Below are positions 57,473 through 64,000 of a DNA stretch of 64,000 nt, in pieces. The notes beneath the pieces were generated by a model. That model did not search any database, was not told where the DNA came from, and saw nothing but the letters and a program-made list of their open reading frames with translations. The DNA is from Angustibacter luteus. Its GTDB lineage: Bacteria > Actinomycetota > Actinomycetes > Actinomycetales > Angustibacteraceae. How positions within the stretch are numbered: position 1 is the stretch's first letter; every line of letters begins with the position of its first letter. The translations under genes were made by a program, and so were the position numbers. The stretch covers positions 248,001-312,000 of the forward strand of contig NZ_BAABFP010000008.1 of NCBI RefSeq assembly GCF_039541115.1, in the 5' to 3' direction.

Positions 57473-59767
57473 TCAGGAGCCGGTGGAGGAGTCGGGTACC
57501 CCGCTGGGGGGCTGGCTGGGTGCCAGCAGCCCGGCACCGGCGAGCGCCTGGCGGGCCGCCGCACCGTCGTCGTCGCCGGCCCGGTAGAGGACGACCGGAC
57601 GTCCCAGGGATGCCGAGATCGTCACCTGCTCGGGCACCGCCACGTCGGTGGCGGTCGCCCCGCCGGCCGGGACGTCCGGCTCGGCGACCGCGTACCGCTC
57701 GCCGGTGAACAGGTTGACCCAGGTGCCCGGGGGCAGCTTGGCCTGCACGGTCCGCGCCCCGGCGGTCAGCACGGGGACGACGAGCAGGGAGCGGCCGAAG
57801 AAGTACTCGCCCTGGGTGCTGTCCTGGCTGAGCCCCGGCTCGCTCAGCCATACCGGGCGGACCACGGGCAGCCCGTCCCGCTCGGCCTGGCGCACCGCGG
57901 ACCGCCGGTACTGGGCGAGGGCCGCGTAGATGCGGCTGCTGCGCACGAACGCCTGCAGCCGGGCCGGGGAGTCCCAGACCTGCGGGGTGCCCGCGGGCCG
58001 GTCGCCGTCCGAGGTGACCAGCAGCGCCCCGAAGGCTTGCAGCTCGGCCCAGCGGCTGAGCAGCTCGTCGCTGCGGCCGCGGCGCCGGCCCGCCCAGCTG
58101 GACACCGTGCTCGTGCCGCCGACCGCCGAGTACGCACTGGTCATCCCGGACAGCCCGGCGTTCAGCACGGCCGGCAGGACGCCGTCCAGCCCGCGGTCGG
58201 ACCAGTCAGTGGCCTGCTGCCCGAGGCCGAACGCGCCGGCGGCCTGCACGGCGTCGCCACCCGAGGTGTCCTGGAGCAGCAGGCAGTCCGGGCGGCCGGC
58301 ACTCACGCAGGCCCGCCGGGTCACCGCCGCCCACAGCGCGGGCCACGTGCTGCGCAGCCCGTCCACCTCGCCACCGGCCGGGCGCGCCGCCGGCGGCAGC
58401 TCGGCGCCACCCAGCACCTGCCAGCCGGAGAGCCGTTCAGCGCGCATCCGGTTCGCCAGCACCTCGGCGTACCAGCTCGAGGCGGCCGGCTGGCTCAGGT
58501 CGACGAGCACGCCGGGCACCGAGCCGGCGTCCGCGTCCGGTACGGCCACCGGCACCGGTCGGCCAGCGGCGTCGACCACCAGGTAGCCGCGCTGGCGGGC
58601 GGTGGCCAGCAGGTTCGGCTCGTCGTCCGGGCCGGCGGCACGCCGGTGCAGGGCCAGGCTCGGGCTCACGCTGGTCAGCAGGCGCACGTCCTTGGCCGAG
58701 AGCCGGTCGACGAGCGCGCGCCACTGCGGGTACCGCCGTCGCTGGCCGCCGTCGGCCACCAGCAGGGCGGCGACCGACGCGTTCGCGTCCAGCAGGCGGA
58801 CTGCGGTGCGCAGCACTCGCTGGGTGCTGCCCCGGACGGCGACCACGGCACCGGCGCTGGCCCAGACGGGGAGCGTGGGCATCCGGCCGACGTCGGCGGA
58901 GTGCGCACCGACCATCTGCGCGGGGGTGCCGTCGTACAGCAGGGACGTCAGCTCGGGCGACCAGACGGTGGTGTCGACCCGGCCGCGGTGCCGTAGGTCG
59001 AGGGTGGTGTACGCGGACCCGTCGACGGCGAAACCGTTGGACGCGCTGGACAGCAGCACGGGTGCCGGCGCCAGCGAGGCGCCCGGGGTGTCCTGGACGT
59101 CGGTGCCGCGGCTGACGATCGGGTAGCGGCCGTCGCGGAGCAGCTCGGCCGCCCCTTGCGCACCACCTCCGCGGAAGGTGAACCCGTTGCGGCGGTAGGC
59201 GTGCATCGCTACGGCGTCCGCCCCGGGGACGCTCACCTGGAACACGATCCGAGAGTCCGGGGCGCGCCGGGTGATGGTCAGCGTGAACGGCAGCGAGTCC
59301 CGACCGTGCGGCTGGTCGTGGAACACCCGGCCGGTGTACGTGACCGCTCGCTCGCCCAGGACGCGTCCGGTGACCTGCAGGTTGCCCAAGGACTGCTCGA
59401 CGACCTCGCGGACCCGCCACTGCGGCCCGTCGTGGGCGGACCAGCCGCCGGCCTCGGGCGTCGCGTCGCGCCACTGCAGGTGCCCGACGGCCGCCGTGAA
59501 CGGCGCCGCCTGGTCGACCCCGCGCCACACGGTGGCCGACTGCCGGCTGACCAGCAGTCCCCCGGCGGCGAACTGCACGTACACCCCGTTGCCGAGCGAC
59601 ACCGCGCCGCGCAGGGCGGGGGTGACCTGCAGCAGCCCCGGCTCGAGATCACTCGCGTCCCGCTGGTCGCGCAGCGCGGGGGCCTGCCAGCCGAGGGCGA
59701 TGCTCACGCTCGCCAGCACCGCGAACCCAGCGATCCCGGCGATGAGGACCCGAGTGGCGCGACGCAC
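57473..59767 (-). CDS. GH31 (YihQ/alpha-glucosidase-like) protein with N-terminal anchor and apparently degenerate catalytic residues
   Basis: GRMPTLPVW, VDLSQPAA, WPALWA, ELLSRWAEL and YFFGRSLLVVPV. Confidence 0.7.
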   Translation of the reverse strand: MRRATRVLIAGIAGFAVLASVSIALGWQAPALRDQRDASDLEPGLLQVTPALRGAVSLGNGVYVQFAAGGLLVSRQSATVWRGVDQAAPFTAAVGHLQWRDATPEAGGWSAHDGPQWRVREVVEQSLGNLQVTGRVLGERAVTYTGRVFHDQPHGRDSLPFTLTITRRAPDSRIVFQVSVPGADAVAMHAYRRNGFTFRGGGAQGAAELLRDGRYPIVSRGTDVQDTPGASLAPAPVLLSSASNGFAVDGSAYTTLDLRHRGRVDTTVWSPELTSLLYDGTPAQMVGAHSADVGRMPTLPVWASAGAVVAVRGSTQRVLRTAVRLLDANASVAALLVADGGQRRRYPQWRALVDRLSAKDVRLLTSVSPSLALHRRAAGPDDEPNLLATARQRGYLVVDAAGRPVPVAVPDADAGSVPGVLVDLSQPAASSWYAEVLANRMRAERLSGWQVLGGAELPPAARPAGGEVDGLRSTWPALWAAVTRRACVSAGRPDCLLLQDTSGGDAVQAAGAFGLGQQATDWSDRGLDGVLPAVLNAGLSGMTSAYSAVGGTSTVSSWAGRRRGRSDELLSRWAELQAFGALLVTSDGDRPAGTPQVWDSPARLQAFVRSSRIYAALAQYRRSAVRQAERDGLPVVRPVWLSEPGLSQDSTQGEYFFGRSLLVVPVLTAGARTVQAKLPPGTWVNLFTGERYAVAEPDVPAGGATATDVAVPEQVTISASLGRPVVLYRAGDDDGAAARQALAGAGLLAPSQPPSGVPDSSTGS

Positions 59768-59792
59768 CCGCTGAGCATGTCACCCTCGATCC

Positions 59793-60608
59793 GTGCGGGA
59801 CGACCTGGGACGACGCGGGCAGCGGCCCGTCGGTGCGATCACCCGCGGCACCACGAACCCGAACCGGCTGCGCCGGGTGGACCGGTGGATCGCCGGCCCG
59901 CTGGCCGCGCGCTGGCGCTCCGTGGCCGACCCGCTGGTCGTGGACCTCGGCTACGGGGCATCGCCGGTGACCGCCGTCGAGCTGCTCGCCCGGTTGCGCA
60001 CGGTGCGGCCGGACGTCGAGGTGGTGGGGCTGGAGATCGACCCGGCCAGGGTGGCCGACGCCCTGCCGCTGGCCGGTCCTGGGCTCACGTTCGCGCTCGG
60101 CGGTTTCGAGGTGCCGTTGCCGCGGGGGCGTCGCCCGGTGGTGGTCCGGGCGTTCAACGTGCTCCGTCAGTACGACGAGAGCGAGGTCGCCACGGCGTGG
60201 GCCACCGTGCGGGGCCGGCTGGCCGAGGGTGGTGTGCTGGTCGACGGCACCTGCGACGAGGTCGGGCGGCGCTCGACGTGGGTCGCGGTGGACCGCGAGC
60301 GAGGGCCGGTCTCGCTCACCCTGTCGATGCGCCTGCGCGGGCTGGACCGACCCTCGGACGTGGCGGAGCGGCTGCCGAAGGTGCTGATCCACCGCAACGT
60401 CCCGGGCGAGCGGGTGCACGGCTTCCTCAGCGCGTTGGACGACGCCTGGGCCCGCGAGGCGCCGATGGCGGGATTCGGTGCGCGGCAACGGTTCCTGGCG
60501 ACCGTGCACCGGGTCGCGGAGGCCGGCTGGCCGGTGCTGGACGGCCCGGCGCGGTGGCGGCTGGGTGAGGTGGGGGTGGCCTGGGACGCCGTGGCACCAG
60601 GTGGCTGA
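59793..60608 (+). CDS. Class I SAM-dependent methyltransferase-like protein
   Basis: ITRGTTNPNRLRRVDRW, VDLGYGA and GLEIDP. Confidence 0.82.
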   Translation: MRDDLGRRGQRPVGAITRGTTNPNRLRRVDRWIAGPLAARWRSVADPLVVDLGYGASPVTAVELLARLRTVRPDVEVVGLEIDPARVADALPLAGPGLTFALGGFEVPLPRGRRPVVVRAFNVLRQYDESEVATAWATVRGRLAEGGVLVDGTCDEVGRRSTWVAVDRERGPVSLTLSMRLRGLDRPSDVAERLPKVLIHRNVPGERVHGFLSALDDAWAREAPMAGFGARQRFLATVHRVAEAGWPVLDGPARWRLGEVGVAWDAVAPGG

Positions 60609-60635
60609 CGGCGGGCGGCTGGACTGACCAGGTGG

Positions 60636-61913
60636 TCAGTAGCAGCCGGTGACGGTCGCGGCGAGGACGTCCACCCGGTTCTTGATCGCCGTGGTCGCGG
60701 TCTTCCCGTTGACCACGAACGCGAACGCCTTCAGCCGTCCGTCGGTACCCGTCGCGTACCCGACCAGGCTGACGGCGTCCTGGAGGGTGCCGGTCTTGGC
60801 GACGACCTTGCCCCGCGCGCACGTCGCCTGCTTGACGAAGCGCTTGGTCAGGGTGCCGGTGCGGCCGGCGAGCGGCAGGCCGCCGGAGCGCAGCACCGCC
60901 AGGTCGCTCTGGCCGGACTCGAGGAAGTTGTCGACGACCCGGGCGAGCTGGCCCGTCGTCAGCCGGTCGCTGCGGGACAGCCCGCTGCCGTCGAACATCG
61001 CACCCGCGGGGATCTGGACGCCGTCTCGGGCGAGCACGACCCGCTGGGCCTGGGCGGCTCCCGTCCAGGTGGCCGCGTACCCGGCCTTGGTGGCGACCAG
61101 CCGGTTCAGCGCCTCGGCGTGGTCGTTGTCGCTGACCAGCAGCATCTGCTTGACGATGGCGTCCAGGCGCTGGCCCTGCACGCTGGCCAGCCCGGTGGAG
61201 GGCCGGGGGGCGGTGCGGCGGGACACACTCGTGATGGTGGCCCCGCGGGCCTTCAGCTTGGCCGCGAACACCTTGGCCGCGTCCAGCGAGGTGTCGGTGG
61301 CGTGGTGACCGTCGACGACGAGCGCGCGCACCCAGCGCACGTCGGTCGGCACGTAGCTGGCCTTCCAGCCGCGGGCCAGTGAAGGGCGGGAGAAGACGTG
61401 GTCGTCGGCGAAGACGCGGAGCGAGGTCATGCCGCTGACCTCCGCGGCGGTCTGGTCGGCCAGCACGTCCAGGTTCGCGCCGGACAGGCTCGGGTCGCCA
61501 GCGCCGACGAGGTAGACCCAGCTGGGGTGGGTCGCGTCGCGTCGCACCGTGGTGGTGAACCGGTGGTCCGGGCCGAAGACGGTGAGCGCGTTGGTGGCGG
61601 TGATCAGCTTGGCGGTCGACGCCGGCATCCGGCCCACCGAGCCGTTGCGCGACCAGACGACCCGGTTGCTCGCGACGTCGATGACGGTGCCGCTGTAGTG
61701 GGTCCCCAGCACGCTCGCGGCGGCCCGGGTGCTGAGCCGGGCGGCGATCCGCACGTCGGCAGTGGTGGGCACGTAGGTCGTGGCGACCGCCGCGGTGGCG
61801 GCGGTCCTGGTGGCGGCTGCGGCCGGGACGGCGGTCCCCGCTCCCGCGACGAGCGAGCCGGCCAAGGCGGCGAGCAGAGCAGCAGGGACGAGCGCTGAGC
61901 GCGGTGCGGGCAT
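60636..61913 (-). CDS. D-alanyl-D-alanine carboxypeptidase/endopeptidase (S13, DacB-like), secreted
   Basis: SxxK (ASTAK), SDN, DGSGLS and KTGT; signal peptide. Confidence 0.9.
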   Translation of the reverse strand: MPAPRSALVPAALLAALAGSLVAGAGTAVPAAAATRTAATAAVATTYVPTTADVRIAARLSTRAAASVLGTHYSGTVIDVASNRVVWSRNGSVGRMPASTAKLITATNALTVFGPDHRFTTTVRRDATHPSWVYLVGAGDPSLSGANLDVLADQTAAEVSGMTSLRVFADDHVFSRPSLARGWKASYVPTDVRWVRALVVDGHHATDTSLDAAKVFAAKLKARGATITSVSRRTAPRPSTGLASVQGQRLDAIVKQMLLVSDNDHAEALNRLVATKAGYAATWTGAAQAQRVVLARDGVQIPAGAMFDGSGLSRSDRLTTGQLARVVDNFLESGQSDLAVLRSGGLPLAGRTGTLTKRFVKQATCARGKVVAKTGTLQDAVSLVGYATGTDGRLKAFAFVVNGKTATTAIKNRVDVLAATVTGCY

Positions 61914-62028
61914 GCCCTGTGGATCGGCCGGGCGGCCCACGACCTTGACCGGTTTCGGGCCGATTCCTCCCAGGCTGGCCATCGGCTCACCATAGCCTCA
62001 GAACCCGCGAGTCAGGCCTGCGCGGTGC

Positions 62029-62454
62029 TCACGACTCCAGCAGCAGGGTGACCGGGCCGTCGCCGACGAGCTCGACCCGCATGTGCGCGCCGAACTCGCC
62101 CGTCGCCACCCTCAGCCCGCGCTCGCGCAGCGCCGCGACGACGTCCGCGACCAGCGGTTCGGCGACCGGGCCCGGCGCGGCCGCCGACCACGACGGCCGC
62201 CGGCCCTTGCGGGTGTCCGCGTAGAGCGTGAACTGGCTGACCACGAGCACCTGGGCGCCGACGTCCAGCGCCGACCGCTCGTCGTCCATGATGCGCAGCT
62301 CGGCGACCTTGCGGGCGATCGTGGCCACCTGGTCCGGCCCGTCGCCGTGGGTGACCCCCACGAGCACCAGCAGCCCCTGGCCCTCGATGCTGCCGACCAC
62401 CTCGCCGGCGACCCGCACCCGGGCCCCGTCGACCCGCTGCACGACCGCGCGCAC
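62029..62454 (-). CDS. dtd: D-aminoacyl-tRNA deacylase
   Basis: MRAVVQRV, SQFTL, GRRPS and GPVT. Confidence 0.95.
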   Translation of the reverse strand: MRAVVQRVDGARVRVAGEVVGSIEGQGLLVLVGVTHGDGPDQVATIARKVAELRIMDDERSALDVGAQVLVVSQFTLYADTRKGRRPSWSAAAPGPVAEPLVADVVAALRERGLRVATGEFGAHMRVELVGDGPVTLLLES

Positions 62455-62464
62455 GCCCGCGACC

Positions 62465-63412
62465 TCAGCCGAGCGGGAGCGCCCGCACGGCGCCCACCGG
62501 TTGGCCGTGGCCCAGGACGGGGGCGGCCCGCAGCGCGTCGAGCGCGGACGCCGGGACGCCGGCCACGCGCAGCGCCTCGGCCATCACCACCGGGCGGGCC
62601 CGCTGGCCGCCGTCCGCGATCTTCAGCGCCACGGCGTGGCCGTCGTCCAGCGCCGCCGCGTACACCGCCTCGGCGCCGTCCTTGGCGATCAGCCCCGGGA
62701 CCGCCCGGATCAGCGCCGTCACGTCCCGCCGGGTTCCGCCCAGGTACTCGGGGTGCGCTCGCACGGCGGCGGCGACCCGGCCGGCCTCGGACGCCGCCGG
62801 GGCCACGGCCATCGCCTGGAAGCTGCGGGCCAGTCCGGTCAGCGACTGCGCCATCACGGGCGCACCGCAGCCGTCGACCCCGGTCGCCGTCACGGGCTCC
62901 CCGGCCAGCTCGGCCAGGGTCTGGGCGATGGCCTGCTGCAGCGGGTGGTCCGGGTCCCGGTAGGTCGCCAGGTCCCAGCCCGCGGCCACGCAGGTGGCCA
63001 GCATCGCGGCGTGCTTGCCCGAGCAGTTCTGCGCCAGCGGCACCGGCTCCAGGCCGGTCGCCAGCCAGGCCCGGCGCTCGACGTCGTCGTACGGCAGGTC
63101 CGCGGTGTTCTGCAGGGAGGTCTCGTCGAGGCCAGCCGAACCCAGGATCCGCTGCACGGCGCTCAGGTGGAACGGCTCGCCGGAGTGGCTGGCGGCGGCC
63201 AGGGCGAGCAGCTCACCGTCCAGGTCGAGGCCGTGGCGCAGCATGGCGACGGCCTGCGCGAGCTTGTTCGACGACCGGGCGAAGATCTGCTCCTGGGGGT
63301 CGCCGGCGGCCGCCAGCACGTCGCCGTCCGGACCGAGGACGACCACGCTGCCGTAGTGCACGGACTCGACGAAGCCGGAGCGCACGACGTGCGCGAGAGG
63401 TGTGGCGGGCAT
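62465..63412 (-). CDS. L-asparaginase II family protein
   Basis: RSSNK, SHSGE, NCSGKH, DGCGAP and KDGAE. Confidence 0.9.
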   Translation of the reverse strand: MPATPLAHVVRSGFVESVHYGSVVVLGPDGDVLAAAGDPQEQIFARSSNKLAQAVAMLRHGLDLDGELLALAAASHSGEPFHLSAVQRILGSAGLDETSLQNTADLPYDDVERRAWLATGLEPVPLAQNCSGKHAAMLATCVAAGWDLATYRDPDHPLQQAIAQTLAELAGEPVTATGVDGCGAPVMAQSLTGLARSFQAMAVAPAASEAGRVAAAVRAHPEYLGGTRRDVTALIRAVPGLIAKDGAEAVYAAALDDGHAVALKIADGGQRARPVVMAEALRVAGVPASALDALRAAPVLGHGQPVGAVRALPLG

Positions 63413-63430
63413 GCGCCGAACCTACGGGAC

Positions 63431-64000
63431 TCAGCCCCGGTCGGCGGTGGCCACCCCGACGAGCTCGCGGGCTTCGCTGGCGGCGACCACCCGGTCCCGA
63501 CCGGCCGCCTTGGCCCGGTACAGGGCCCGGTCGGCCTCGCGCAGGGTGGTGCGCGGCTCGTTGCCCTGCTCGTGGCAGCTGACCCCGGCGGACCAGGTGA
63601 TGTCGGGGTGCAGCAGGCTCCACTGGCCACGCAGGCGGGCCATCACGGACGCGGCGCCGAGGCCGTGCGAGCTCACCTGCGGCAGCACGAGGACGAACTC
63701 CTCGCCGCCGTAGCGGGCCACCAGGTCCGAGCCGCGCACGCAGCCGCTCAGGGTCTGCGCGAAGTCGACCAGCACCTGGTCGCCGAAGGCGTGCCCGCCG
63801 CCGTCGTTGACCTGCTTGAAGTGGTCCAGGTCCACGACCACGACCACGTCCCCGCCGCTGAGCCGGGACATCGAGGCCTCCAGCGCGCGCCGGTTCGGCA
63901 GTCCGGTCAGCGGGTCCGTCTCAGCCTGGTGGGCCAGTCCTTCGGTGCGCACCTTGCTGGCGGAGGTCGCCAGCGCGAGCACCTCGGCCAGCACCCCCCA
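63431..64000 (-). CDS. GGDEF diguanylate cyclase (5' end outside window)
   Basis: TDPLTGLPNRR, DLDHFKQVND, RxxD I-site (RGSD) and GGEEF. Confidence 0.93.
   Translation of the reverse strand, partial: WGVLAEVLALATSASKVRTEGLAHQAETDPLTGLPNRRALEASMSRLSGGDVVVVVDLDHFKQVNDGGGHAFGDQVLVDFAQTLSGCVRGSDLVARYGGEEFVLVLPQVSSHGLGAASVMARLRGQWSLLHPDITWSAGVSCHEQGNEPRTTLREADRALYRAKAAGRDRVVAASEARELVGVATADRG

Overview
High-GC actinomycete chromosome segment. Gene order suggests a Micrococcales/Kineosporiales-like organism (inference). The right half (about 36-64 kb) is core backbone: Ser/Thr kinase, CBS protein, otsA-otsB, MalR-like LacI regulator, msiK, DUF4032, rlmB, cysS, mscR plus MBL hydrolase, ispF, ispD, PIN/TRAM protein, carD, regX3-senX3, phoU, gpmA, mshA, dacB-like, dtd, asparaginase and a partial GGDEF gene. 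The left half (1-35 kb), around tRNA-Thr(TGT), is accessory-looking. It holds TetR/beta-PGM/GH65, a flavodoxin - FGE-fold lipoprotein - arylsulfatase - DUF1269 - cydAB cluster, SDR/ADH/four glycosyltransferases, PP2C, HD-GYP and GAF-ANTAR signalling genes, MMPL/TetR and a Scy/FilP-like pair. No integrase, transposase, CRISPR array or rRNA was seen. The strongest new signal is a 17-bp palindrome, TCACCC-N5-GGGTGA, found four times in intergenic DNA. Each copy lies exactly 22 nt upstream of an NANNNT -10 hexamer, linking the sulfatase/cydAB cluster, a small membrane protein and a DUF1269/amphi-Trp pair into a candidate regulon whose activator is not evident in this window. Other highlights are an apparently catalytically dead YihQ-like GH31, a YacL-like PIN/TRAM gene between carD and ispD, and a nested hairpin element with complementary loops. 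All family calls come from motif recognition by eye, not from database searches.
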